This document shows positions 50,502 through 59,765 of a stretch of DNA of 64,000 bases, one piece after another. The position numbers were made by a program, and so were the translations under genes. Under the pieces are notes generated by a model that ran no database searches, was not told the DNA's origin, and worked only from the letters and a program-made list of their open reading frames with translations. Source of the DNA: an uncultured delta proteobacterium. Its GTDB lineage: Bacteria > Myxococcota_A > UBA9160 > UBA4427. Numbering within the stretch: the first letter of the stretch is position 1; every line of letters starts with the position of its first letter. The stretch covers positions 1,792,001-1,856,000 of the forward strand of contig CAWGJT010000005.1 in NCBI GenBank assembly GCA_963822965.1. The letters are read 5' to 3'.

Positions 50502-50634
50502 GCCCAACGGACAGGGCTTCAGCTGCACCAGCCAACGGCGGCTGGCTGCGCCGAAGCGCCTGGGTTCTCCGGAAGGCTACCAGAACCCGCTAGCCCCGGT
50601 GCGAGCTGGTGTCGGCTGCAAGCCCGTGTTAGCC
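50502..50634 (-). other. attC1 (133 bp)
   Basis: Minus strand GGCTAAC-ACGGGCTTGCAGCCGACACCAGC...GCTGGTGCAGCTGAAGCCCTGTCC-GTTGGGC. Confidence 0.9.
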
Positions 50635-50873
50635 AGCATCGTCGGGTCTGGCACCCGATGAGGCTCGATCGCAACGGGCGCTCGAGCCTGCCTGTTGGTG
50701 CCGACCGCGGCCAAGGGACCCGATCGAAGGGCAGACCAAGCCACGGGCTGGCTCCGATCGAGAAGCGCGGAGGCTCAAGCCTGCGTATCGCGAAAGAACC
50801 CGCTGCCGGAACCAGGTGGGCAGCGCGATTCAGCGACGGCGGACCCTCAGAGAAACCGCATGCAGTACATGCT

Positions 50874-50900
50874 GGCTAACTACTTATTGACCTGCACCCC
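50874..50900 (-). other. Candidate attI site
   Basis: Minus strand GGTCAATAAGTA-GTTAGCC: a core site with an AT-rich, non-palindromic upstream flank; GTTAGCCAGCAT is complementary to the attC1 R'' region. Confidence 0.6.
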
Positions 50901-51286
50901 AGTCTACCGCGGATTGGGGTGAACCGAGCGCGTGTTGGCTGCATATCCCGGATGTGGGGCGCGTGGATGGGGTGGGCTTTGCTTGCGGAGTCGTTCGCGA
51001 TTCGGGTGCTCTTCCGGGTTGGGCGTGCGGGTTTCGTCGGTGCGGACTTGCGCTCGATAACCCGGTGGACTCGGGCCCTTCCGGTGGGGCACTTCGGGGC
51101 CTGGGAGGGGACTCCGGAGCCATCGCGATGGTCGCCTCGATCGGGCTTGGGGCGGGTGCGCCGGGCGTTGACGCGACGGGGTAGAGGGGAGGAGACGGGC
51201 GGGGACGAGAAGATCGGCGCGGAGCCGGGATCGCCGCTGGATCTGGAGGCCCGGCCGATCACGCCGTCTCCACGGGCTTGCCCTGC

Positions 51287-52606
51287 TCAGTGCGCCGGAG
51301 GCTCGCTGGCGGGGTCCGGGGCGGGCGCCTCTGCGGAGAGGCCGAGCAGCCGCGAGGCCAGCCCGCTCCAGGAGACGAGCTGTCGGGAGGAATCGCCCAC
51401 CGGCACGAAGCCCCGGTCGAGAAGCGCCGCTTCGATGGACGGTAGGTGCAACGCGCCCCAGGGAATCACGATCCGACGGTACTCGGGCAGCGCCGCGTCC
51501 AGCTCCGCCAGCAGGTGCTGGTTGCGCTGCACGACGATGTCGTTCCACAGCCGACCGACGTCGACGGGATGCCGGCTGAGCTCCAGCCACACCTCGACGA
51601 GCTCGCGGACGTTGCTGCTGGACCAGGCCCGGGCGGCCTGCGACAGGACGGCGATCGTCTCGGGCGAGAACGCGGAGGCGTCGACGTCCGCGCGCAGCAC
51701 GTGGGGCCAGCGTTCCTCCTCGTCGGTCCCTTCCCAGGCCTCCTCGAAGTAGCGTTCGATGGGCGTCTGCTCGGTGAGCCCGAGCGCCTCGGCGACCCGC
51801 GCATAGCGGAGAGGCTGCGCGAGACGCTCCTCGCGGTCGGTCACACCCTCCTGCAGCACGATCGTCGAGGGCGTTGCGAACGAATCGTAGAGCGACGCGT
51901 AGGCATCGCTCTCTCCGACGTGCATCATCCCGACGAGCGCCACCCGGCGATCGTCGTGCTCGTAGAAGCGCTCGCCCATCGAGAGGCCGTGCACGTCGAA
52001 GCGCAGGAAGCCGTGCGTGCCGACCTGCAGCCAGGTGAGTGCGGCCAGAAGCAGGTAGCCACACGCCGCGGGCACGCCGAGACCGATCGACGCCGCTCCG
52101 AAGCCGAGCGCGCGCCATCCCGAGAGCTCGGCGCGATCCGGACGGACCGCCAGCAGCCAGCGCTCCGAGCCGCTACGCGTGCGCACCCACACGAGGCCGC
52201 AGAGGACGGCGAAGAGCTGGATGACGGATTCGGCGAGAGCGAGACTGCCGAGAGGGACGAAAAGCTGAAGCGGAGCGGCCCCGAAGCCCAGCCACGCCAG
52301 CACCGCGACGAGGGGAACCAGCAGCCGGGCCGGAAGCTGCGGGGACAGGGCGGTGAGCAGGAAGACCGGCGCACTCGCCGCGAGAACCCCGAACGCGATC
52401 GCGTTGCGCAGCCCCGGAAGCAGGCCGCTTCCCGTCGCCGCCTGGAGTCCGTCGTCCAGCACCGAGAGGCCGGCGTCGAGCAGGTAGCCCACCAGGAACA
52501 CGTTGGCGATCGCGACGAAGAAGGTGGTGCCCGCTCGAGATCGGAACGGAGCGGACGCGGGCAGCGGCGGCAGACCGGACGGTGACGACACCGGCGTGTC
52601 GCTCAC
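51287..52606 (-). CDS. Membrane protein with soluble C-terminal domain (TraB/GumN-like)
   Basis: About 5 TM segments, then VGMMHVGE, LQEG, RN and PWGALH. Confidence 0.72.
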   Translation of the reverse strand: MSDTPVSSPSGLPPLPASAPFRSRAGTTFFVAIANVFLVGYLLDAGLSVLDDGLQAATGSGLLPGLRNAIAFGVLAASAPVFLLTALSPQLPARLLVPLVAVLAWLGFGAAPLQLFVPLGSLALAESVIQLFAVLCGLVWVRTRSGSERWLLAVRPDRAELSGWRALGFGAASIGLGVPAACGYLLLAALTWLQVGTHGFLRFDVHGLSMGERFYEHDDRRVALVGMMHVGESDAYASLYDSFATPSTIVLQEGVTDREERLAQPLRYARVAEALGLTEQTPIERYFEEAWEGTDEEERWPHVLRADVDASAFSPETIAVLSQAARAWSSSNVRELVEVWLELSRHPVDVGRLWNDIVVQRNQHLLAELDAALPEYRRIVIPWGALHLPSIEAALLDRGFVPVGDSSRQLVSWSGLASRLLGLSAEAPAPDPASEPPAH

Positions 52607-53418
52607 GCTTCCGTCTCGGGTGCCACGAGGCGTACCTCGCGGCTGGCGGGATCGATCTCGACGCGCGGCGGCTCGGCCAGGCGCATGCGGCGTCCGCTGC
52701 ACTCGCGGCCCGTCGCCACGTCGAACGCGTAGCCGTGCCAGGGACACACCACCCGACCGTCCACCACGGGCGCCTCTGCCAGGGGGCCGAGCCGGTGCGG
52801 GCAGACGACGGCGTGCGCCACCAACGCTCCGTCCACCAGGGCCACGCGAAAGCGGTCGCCACCGAAGGGGACGATCGCGGGAAGCCGCGCGCGCAGCGCA
52901 TCCAGCGGGCCGAGCCCGACGGAACGGGGACGGGCGGCGTGCTCGCCGCGCCGCGCGGCGAGCTCGGCCGCGCGGCGCACCATCATCGACTCGTCCTCGT
53001 CCCACAGGCGCGTGTAGAGCGCGACGAACCGCTCCCCCACCCCCGGCATGGCCTGGGCGTCCAGGCCCGGCACGTGGAACCCGACGGTCACGTGGCTGCG
53101 CTGCGCGTCCCGCTCCTCGACCCGGGTCCAGATCTCGCTGCCGGCGCCGGGACCTTCCAGGGTGCGGGACACGTACCGGGGCTCGTCTTCCTCGATCACG
53201 AGCTCGAGCCGGATCTCGCGTGCGCCCCCGGGCAGCCCGATGCGCGCCCGCCAGCCCCAGGCGCCCTCGTCCTCGAGCGCGATGCGCGAGAAGCTCCCCG
53301 CGTGCAGCCACGGCAGGTGCTCCCAGTCGCGCACGTTCTCCCACACCCGCTCCACCGAGACCGGCAGGTCGCGCTCGTAGACGGCGACCCGGGGCGGGGT
53401 CGGCTCGGATGCGGGCAT
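52603..53418 (-). CDS. Rieske [2Fe-2S] protein with N-terminal SRPBCC-like domain
   Basis: C-terminal CPH...CPWHG; N-terminal WENVRDWEHLPWLH. Confidence 0.85.
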   Translation of the reverse strand: MPASEPTPPRVAVYERDLPVSVERVWENVRDWEHLPWLHAGSFSRIALEDEGAWGWRARIGLPGGAREIRLELVIEEDEPRYVSRTLEGPGAGSEIWTRVEERDAQRSHVTVGFHVPGLDAQAMPGVGERFVALYTRLWDEDESMMVRRAAELAARRGEHAARPRSVGLGPLDALRARLPAIVPFGGDRFRVALVDGALVAHAVVCPHRLGPLAEAPVVDGRVVCPWHGYAFDVATGRECSGRRMRLAEPPRVEIDPASREVRLVAPETEA

Positions 53419-53489
53419 GTCGGCAGCCTCCGGGCGGCCCCGAAGGGCCGCGTGCGAGGATACCCCGTCGCCGGGTCTATACTCGCCCC

Positions 53490-54704
53490 ATGGCGAACAC
53501 CCGCTCGATCGTCCATCCCAAGGTCTTCGGCGTGACCGAGACTTCCCTCACCCTGTGCTTCACGGTCGCCGAAGGCGATGCCCCGGTGGACGCCGAGGCC
53601 CGCGTGCTCCTCGACGGCGAGGTCCGCGCCGTGACGCAGGGGCCGGCGACGCGGCTCGTCCGCATCGACGGTCTCGAGCCGGGCAGCGAGTACGAGATCC
53701 GCATCGAGTCGGGCGACGCCAGCGCCGGCGAGACCCGCTACTTCGACGGACGGGCCCGCACCCTGGACGCTCCGCGGGCCGCCCAGGTGGCCTCCTTCGC
53801 GACGATGAACGACCTGCACTTCGGCGAGACGCGCATCGGCGGCCTGCTCACGGACGACCACGAGTACGGCGACGCGGCGCCGGGCTTCCCGGTGGTGAGC
53901 GACGACGACTACCAGACGCCGTACGCCGAGTTCATGAACGCCGACGCGATCGCCGAGATCAACCGTCTCGAGGTCGACTGCACGATCATCAAGGGCGACA
54001 TCGCGGACGCCGGCCTGCCGGAGCAGTTCGAGACCGCCGCGCACGTGTTCGCGGGCTTCGATCGCCCCCACCACCCCTTCCTCGGCAACCACGATCACCT
54101 GCAGCGCCTGGAAGGCCGCGAGGTGGACGGCTACGGAATCCTGGGCGCGGAGCCCGCGCCGCGACACCTGGACCTGGCGGGCTGGCGGCTCATCCTGCTG
54201 GACACCACGATTCCGGGCAGCCACGACGGCGCCTTCGGCCCGGAACGGCGCGAGTGGCTCGCGGACGCGCTCGCCGAGAGCCGGCGTCTCGGCATGCCGA
54301 CCCTGCTCTTCACCCACCACCAGCCCGTGCCGCCCGAGCACCGGGACAGCTACCCGAACTCCATCGGCATGGACCCCGACGACTCGCTGGCCCTCTTCGA
54401 CCTGCTGCGCCACGCCCCGCACGTGAAGGCCATGCTGATCGGCCACACCCACCGCAACCGCATCCGCCGCTACCCGCAGACGGGACGCCTGCCCTTCGTC
54501 GAGGTGAACAACCCGAAGGACTACCCCGGCGGCTTCGCCCACTACCGCCTCTTCGAGGACGGGAGCTTCCGACAGGAGGTGCGGCGCACGCCGAGCGAAC
54601 GGGCCCTCGCCCACTCCACGCGCTGCCGGGAGCTGTTCCGCGGCCACTACCAGCACTTCGTGCTGGGCAGCCTGGCGGAACGGAGCTACGTGGCCGACGC
54701 CTGA
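53490..54704 (+). CDS. Metallophosphoesterase (CpdA-like) with N-terminal FN3-like domain
   Basis: DLH, GD, GNHD, HH and GHTH motifs. Confidence 0.9.
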   Translation: MANTRSIVHPKVFGVTETSLTLCFTVAEGDAPVDAEARVLLDGEVRAVTQGPATRLVRIDGLEPGSEYEIRIESGDASAGETRYFDGRARTLDAPRAAQVASFATMNDLHFGETRIGGLLTDDHEYGDAAPGFPVVSDDDYQTPYAEFMNADAIAEINRLEVDCTIIKGDIADAGLPEQFETAAHVFAGFDRPHHPFLGNHDHLQRLEGREVDGYGILGAEPAPRHLDLAGWRLILLDTTIPGSHDGAFGPERREWLADALAESRRLGMPTLLFTHHQPVPPEHRDSYPNSIGMDPDDSLALFDLLRHAPHVKAMLIGHTHRNRIRRYPQTGRLPFVEVNNPKDYPGGFAHYRLFEDGSFRQEVRRTPSERALAHSTRCRELFRGHYQHFVLGSLAERSYVADA

Positions 54705-56611
54705 ACGCGGGCCTCGCTCTCGGCCTCGGGGCCGGCGGCCGCGAGCGCCTCGTCGGGGGCGGGCTGCCAGCCGGCGGCCTCCAGTCGGCGGCGCGCGTCC
54801 TCGCCTTCCACCTCGTGGACGGCCACCGTGGCGACGTCGCCCTCCTTGGGTGTGAACGCCGACGACATGGGCGACACCCGCCCGCCCCGGCGCACGGCGA
54901 GCACCACGTAGCCTTCTTCGACGGTGGCACTGGCGACGGGATCGCCGCTCGGGCGCGGCTCCGGCTCGGGAACGGGCTCGTAGCGCCGCTTCTCGAGGGT
55001 GACGGAGCCCCGGCGCGCACGAACCTCCCAGCGCCCCACGTCGTGGGGTCCGTCGAAGGCGACGCTCGCCCGGTGTCTCTCGACGAGCTCCTTGGCGAAG
55101 CCGGCGTCCATGCGATCCACCGCGACGAGGCCCTCCGGCACGGAGAAGAGGTCGCGGGCCCGGTCCACGAAGACCGCGTTCACCGTCTGGTTCGCGGTGA
55201 GACCGATCGCCACGCGCACGCCCTCGAAGCGGGCGCGCTGCAGGGTGCGCTCCTCCAGCGCGTTGCCGTAGACCACCGAGAAGCCCTGCTCCTCCACGCG
55301 GCGACAGTTCTGCGGGTTCGAGTCGACGAAGACCACGGACGTCCCAGCCGCTCGCAGCTCCTCGGCGAGGGCGAGCCCCAGGCTGTTGGCGCCCAGGATG
55401 GCGACACCCTCCCGGGCCGGCAGCCGCACGTCGAGCCAGGTCGCCACCGGGTGGGCGGTGAGCCCGGCGAGCACGACCGTCCCGGCGATGGTGAGGAACA
55501 CGAGCGCCCGCAGCTCGACCCCGCCCGGGAGGCCTTCGCTCTCGAGACCGATGGCGGTGAGCGAGGCGATGGCGGCGGCGACGATGCCGCGCGGTGCGAT
55601 CCAGGCGATGAAGAGCCGCTCGCGTCCGCTGAGATCGGAGCCCAGGGTCGACAGCCACACGCCCACGGGCCGTACCACCACCACCAGGGCCGCGAGCACC
55701 GCCAGCCCCGGAAGCCCCAACGCAACCACGTGCTCGTAGCGGACGTCGGCCGCCAGCATCACGAACAGCAGTCCGATCAGCATCACCGTGAGCTGGTCCT
55801 TGAATTCGCGCAGCTCGCGCGCAACGGCGATGGGCATGTTGCCGAGCACGGCCCCGGCGATGGTCACCGCCAGGATCCCGCTGTGGGAGATGACCTCCTC
55901 GCAGGTGCCGAAGAGGAGCAGCACGACCGCCAGCACGAAGATGTTCTCGAGCCCTTCCGGGATGAAGCGCTTGACGCGCAGGGTGGCGCCCAGCAGGAGC
56001 CCGACCGCGCCGCCGCACACCACGCCGAAGCCCAGCCGGACGAGCAGATCGCCGGCCGCGCTGGCCGCGGAATCGACGTCGGGGGCCAGCACCAGCGCGA
56101 GCACGAGCACCGCGATGAGCGCACCGATGGGGTCGATCAGCACACCCTCGGCCTCGAGCACCGTCGACACGCGGCTCTTGAGCCGCAGCTCGGAGATCAG
56201 CGGGCCGATGACCGTGGGCCCGGTCACCATCACGAGCGAGCCGAAGAGAACGGCGATCGTCCAGTCCCACCCGAGCAGCGCGTGCACGGCGAGGCTGCCG
56301 CCCCCGATCGTGACGAGCCCACCGACGGTCACCAGGCGGCGCACGGAGCCCTGCACCCGACGGATACGGGAGAAGTCGAGGTTGAGGCCGCCCTCGAAGA
56401 GGATGACGGCGACCGCGAAGTCCAGGATCGAGTAGAGGCCCGTGCCCAGCGAGTGGGGCTCGATCCAGTCGAGCCCGTCGGGCCCCAGCCCCACGCCCGC
56501 CAGCAGCAGCAGCACGATGCCGGGCACCCGCAGGTGCCGCGCCACGGACTGCGCGAGCACGCCCGCGGTCAGCGCCAGGGCCAGCGTGAAATTCGGATGT
56601 ACTTCCCCCAC
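54686..56611 (-). CDS. Cation:proton antiporter (NhaP/CPA1) with TrkA-N domain
   Basis: ILFEGGL, VTGPTVI, EGVLIDP and APRGIVAA; C-terminal ILGAN...YGNAL. Confidence 0.9.
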   Translation of the reverse strand: MGEVHPNFTLALALTAGVLAQSVARHLRVPGIVLLLLAGVGLGPDGLDWIEPHSLGTGLYSILDFAVAVILFEGGLNLDFSRIRRVQGSVRRLVTVGGLVTIGGGSLAVHALLGWDWTIAVLFGSLVMVTGPTVIGPLISELRLKSRVSTVLEAEGVLIDPIGALIAVLVLALVLAPDVDSAASAAGDLLVRLGFGVVCGGAVGLLLGATLRVKRFIPEGLENIFVLAVVLLLFGTCEEVISHSGILAVTIAGAVLGNMPIAVARELREFKDQLTVMLIGLLFVMLAADVRYEHVVALGLPGLAVLAALVVVVRPVGVWLSTLGSDLSGRERLFIAWIAPRGIVAAAIASLTAIGLESEGLPGGVELRALVFLTIAGTVVLAGLTAHPVATWLDVRLPAREGVAILGANSLGLALAEELRAAGTSVVFVDSNPQNCRRVEEQGFSVVYGNALEERTLQRARFEGVRVAIGLTANQTVNAVFVDRARDLFSVPEGLVAVDRMDAGFAKELVERHRASVAFDGPHDVGRWEVRARRGSVTLEKRRYEPVPEPEPRPSGDPVASATVEEGYVVLAVRRGGRVSPMSSAFTPKEGDVATVAVHEVEGEDARRRLEAAGWQPAPDEALAAAGPEAESEARVQASAT

Positions 56612-56628
56612 CGCCGGGGAGCCTAGCT

Positions 56629-56930
56629 GGCGAATCCTTCGGATTCGCTAGGCCGCGGGCACCCGGTCGCCGTGGGAAGCCTGGGCGAGCGCGCGGGGCG
56701 AATCCTTCGGATTCGCTAGGCCGCGGGCACCCGGTCGCCGTGGGAAGCCTGGGCGAGCGCGCGGGGCGAATCCTTCGGATTCGCTAGGCCGCGGGCACCC
56801 GGTCGCCGTGGGAAGCCTGGGCGAGCGCGCGGGGCGAATCCTTCGGATTCGCTAGGCCGCGGGCACCCGGTCGCCGTGGGAAGCCTGGGCGAGCGCGCGG
56901 GGCGAATCCTTCGGATTCGCCAGGCCGCGG
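56629..56930. repeat. 68-bp tandem repeat x4.4 containing five hairpins GCGAATCC-TTC-GGATTCGC
   Basis: Hairpins start at 56630, 56698, 56766, 56834 and 56902; intervening sequences are identical. Confidence 0.95.
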
Positions 56931-56982
56931 ACAAAAGGAAAGGAAACTTTGCGAAATCCATGGGCTTCCCTAACCTGCTGTC

Positions 56983-57636
56983 ATGCAAGAGGAAACGGAT
57001 TCGCGGGCCCGGGCCCGGGATCGCGTGCTGCTGCTGCTGAAGACGCGCGGCACCGCCACCGCCGGCAAGCTCGCCGAGCGCCTCGACGTAACACCCATGG
57101 CGGTACGCCAGCACCTGGCCGCCCTCGAGCGGGAAGGACTCGTGAGCCACGTCGAGGAGCGGCGGCCGGTGGGGCGGCCCGCGCGGCTCTGGAGCCTGAC
57201 GCCCCGGGCCGCCGAGCGCTTTCCCGACAGCCACGCCGAGCTCACCGTCGAGCTGCTGACCGCCATGCGGGACGTCTTCGGGGAGGCGGGCCTCGAGCGG
57301 GTGATCGCGGCGCGCTCCCAGCGCCAGCGCGAGGCCTATCGGGCCCGGCTGCCGGGACCGGAGGCGCCTCTCGCCGACCGCGTGGCCGCCCTGGCAAAGC
57401 TGCGGCGCGAGGAAGGCTACATGGCCGAGTGGTCGCGGCAGCCCGACGGAAGCCTGCTCCTGGTGGAGAACCACTGCCCGATCTGCGCCGCCGCACGGCT
57501 CTGCCAGGGCTTCTGCCGGGACGAGCTGCAGGTCTTCCGCGAGGCGCTCGGGCCCGACGCCCGGGTGGAGCGGAGCGAGCACCTGCTGGCGGGCGCGCGC
57601 CGCTGTGCGTATCGCGTCCAGGCCGCGGAGCCCTGA
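56983..57636 (+). CDS. SufR-like HTH transcriptional regulator
   Basis: AVRQHLAALE..G, GRP, EEGYMAE, ENHCPI, FC..E and RC. Confidence 0.88.
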   Translation: MQEETDSRARARDRVLLLLKTRGTATAGKLAERLDVTPMAVRQHLAALEREGLVSHVEERRPVGRPARLWSLTPRAAERFPDSHAELTVELLTAMRDVFGEAGLERVIAARSQRQREAYRARLPGPEAPLADRVAALAKLRREEGYMAEWSRQPDGSLLLVENHCPICAAARLCQGFCRDELQVFREALGPDARVERSEHLLAGARRCAYRVQAAEP

Positions 57637-57637
57637 G

Positions 57638-57910
57638 GTGGGCCACTGTGTGCGCGTCCGGGTGCGCGGCAGCGTACAGGGGGTGGGATTCCGCTACGCG
57701 ACCCTTCGGAAGGCGCGCGAGCTGGGGGCCCGGGGCTACGTGATGAACCGACCGGACGGCAGCGTCGAAGCCGTCTTCGAGGGCGACCCATCGATCGTCG
57801 AGCGGTGTCTGGCCTTCGTCAGCAAGGGACCTTCGGGGGCGCAGGTGAGCGAGGTGGAGACCGAGAGCCTGCCCGCCGGGGAGCTACCCGAGTTCGAGAT
57901 TCGCTACTGA
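57638..57910 (+). CDS. acyP: Acylphosphatase
   Basis: GSVQGVGFR, GYVMN..DGSVE and GP. Confidence 0.92.
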   Translation: MGHCVRVRVRGSVQGVGFRYATLRKARELGARGYVMNRPDGSVEAVFEGDPSIVERCLAFVSKGPSGAQVSEVETESLPAGELPEFEIRY

Positions 57911-57968
57911 GACAGGAAGAGACAGAACGCAACCGACGAGAGACCAAGGAACCACGAGAGGAGTCCTC

Positions 57969-58457
57969 ATGCGCTCGTTCCGAATCGCCACCCGCTCGAC
58001 CGCCGTCCTGATCGCCTGCCTGGCCGGCCTCGCCTTCGCGGCCGGCCTCACCTTCGCGGCCGGCAGCGCCCTGGCGGACGAGGCGAAGCTTCCCCACACC
58101 CCGTCGCCCAAGGGCGCGCACGCCTACATCGTGAGCCCGAAGGACGGCGCCACCGTCACGAGCCCGGTCACGGTCGTCTTCGGCCTGGAGGGGATGGGCG
58201 TGGCGCCGGCCGGCGTCAACATGCCGAATACCGGACACCACCACCTCATCATCGACTCGCCGCTACCGGCCCTCGACCAGCCGATCCCGAAGGACGACAA
58301 GCACCTCCACTTCGGCGGCGGCCAGACCCAGGTGACCATCGAGCTCGCCCCCGGCAAGCACACCCTTCAGCTCCTGCTCGGCGACATGAACCACGTGCCC
58401 CACGTACCGCCGGTCTTCTCGAAGAAGATCACCATCACCGTGAAGAAGGGCATGTAG
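57969..58457 (+). CDS. DUF4399 exported protein
   Basis: Signal peptide; GVAPAG, TGHHHL, HFGGGQT and PGKHTLQL. Confidence 0.88.
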   Translation: MRSFRIATRSTAVLIACLAGLAFAAGLTFAAGSALADEAKLPHTPSPKGAHAYIVSPKDGATVTSPVTVVFGLEGMGVAPAGVNMPNTGHHHLIIDSPLPALDQPIPKDDKHLHFGGGQTQVTIELAPGKHTLQLLLGDMNHVPHVPPVFSKKITITVKKGM

Positions 58458-58479
58458 CCCGCGGGGTCGCGCCCGCGCG

Positions 58480-59151
58480 TCAGACCAGGATCTTGCTTCC
58501 CTGGCGCGCCACCTCGTCGGCGTTGGCCTCGACGGGCTCCGGGGGCTTGGGGACGGCGCGACCGCGCTGCACGGCGGGTCGCTCCTTGATGGCATCCTTC
58601 CAGCGTTCCAGGTGGGACAGGCCGTCGATGGAGACGCCCGCCCACTCGTGGATGGAGACCCAGCTCCAGTTGGCGATGTCGGCGATCGAGTAGTCGCCGG
58701 CCAGCCACTCGCTCTCGCCCAGGCGCTGGTCGAGCACCTCGTAGAGGCGCCGCGTCTCGTTCTGGTAGCGATCGATGGCGTACTGGATCTTCTCCGGTGC
58801 GTAGCGGAAGAAGACGTTCGCCTGTCCCTGCATGGGGCCGATGCCGCCCATCTGGAACATCAGCCACTGCATCACCAGGGAGCGTTCCTTGCGGTCCGCG
58901 GGCAGCAGCTTCCCGGCCATCTCCGCCAGGTAGACCATGATGGCACCGGACTCGAAGACCGTGAAGTCACCGGCATCCTCGTCGACGATCACCGGAATGC
59001 GCCCGTTCGGGTTGAGCTTCAGGAACCAGTCCTGCTTCTGCTCCAGCTTGTCGAGCCGGATGGGGGTCACCTGGTAGGGGATCTCGAGCTCCTCGAGGGT
59101 GATGGAGGCCTTCCAGCCGTTGGGCGTGGGGGACGTGTACAGTCGGATCAT
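58480..59151 (-). CDS. Glutathione S-transferase (YfcG/Ure2-like)
   Basis: TPNG, NPNGRIP, FESGAI, GPMQGQ and YSIADIA. Confidence 0.93.
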   Translation of the reverse strand: MIRLYTSPTPNGWKASITLEELEIPYQVTPIRLDKLEQKQDWFLKLNPNGRIPVIVDEDAGDFTVFESGAIMVYLAEMAGKLLPADRKERSLVMQWLMFQMGGIGPMQGQANVFFRYAPEKIQYAIDRYQNETRRLYEVLDQRLGESEWLAGDYSIADIANWSWVSIHEWAGVSIDGLSHLERWKDAIKERPAVQRGRAVPKPPEPVEANADEVARQGSKILV

Positions 59152-59208
59152 CGGGTCCTCTGCTTCTCGCTTGCGGGCTTGGGAGCTGGGATGGAGTCGG
59201 CGGGCGCG

Positions 59209-59763
59209 TCAGACCGGCAGATCTTCCCGCGTGAAGATCGGCTCGAGTACGATGCCCCGAGCGGCGAAGGCGTCACGCGCTCCCTCGCCCCGATCCACCA
59301 GGCAGAGCACCCGGGCCACCTTGCCGCCGGCGTCGCGCACGGCCTCCACGGCCTCCAGGGTGGAGCCCCCGGTGGTGGTGGTGTCCTCCACCAGGGCGAC
59401 GGTCTGTCCCTCGGCGAAGGCCCCCTCGATGCGGCGCCCGAGGCCGTGGCGCTTGGCCTCCTTGCGGACGAAGAAGCCCACCAGGTCGGCGGGGGGCTCG
59501 TGGCGGGCCGCGGCCGCGAGCACGGCCGACACGTAGGGAACGGCGCCCACCGCCATGCCGCCCACCGCCTGCACGCGCGGGCCTTCCAGCAGCCGCTCGA
59601 GGGTGAGCTCGCCGGCGAGCCGCACGCCGCGGGGTCGCATCAGGGTCTGGCGCAGGTCGAGGTAGAAGTCGCTCTCGCGGCCGCTCGCGAGGGTCACCTT
59701 GCGGCGCTCGAACGACACCTCGAGGATGAGATCCAGCAGCTCCCGCCGGCGTGCGTCCGCCAC
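59209..59763 (-). CDS. pyrE: Orotate phosphoribosyltransferase
   Basis: TLASG..S.FY.D, VRKEAK.HG and VEDTTTTGGS. Confidence 0.93.
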   Translation of the reverse strand: MADARRRELLDLILEVSFERRKVTLASGRESDFYLDLRQTLMRPRGVRLAGELTLERLLEGPRVQAVGGMAVGAVPYVSAVLAAAARHEPPADLVGFFVRKEAKRHGLGRRIEGAFAEGQTVALVEDTTTTGGSTLEAVEAVRDAGGKVARVLCLVDRGEGARDAFAARGIVLEPIFTREDLPV

Positions 59764-59765
59764 GG

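Noticed and set aside
50900..51290. intI remnant (a + frame contains GSPLD, like the IntI C-terminus)
   Set aside because: No RHSFATH, LGH or YTH motifs are present; a five-residue match in GC-rich DNA is likely chance.
56629..56930. CRISPR array
   Set aside because: The sequences between the palindromes are identical and there are no cas genes, so it is a tandem repeat.
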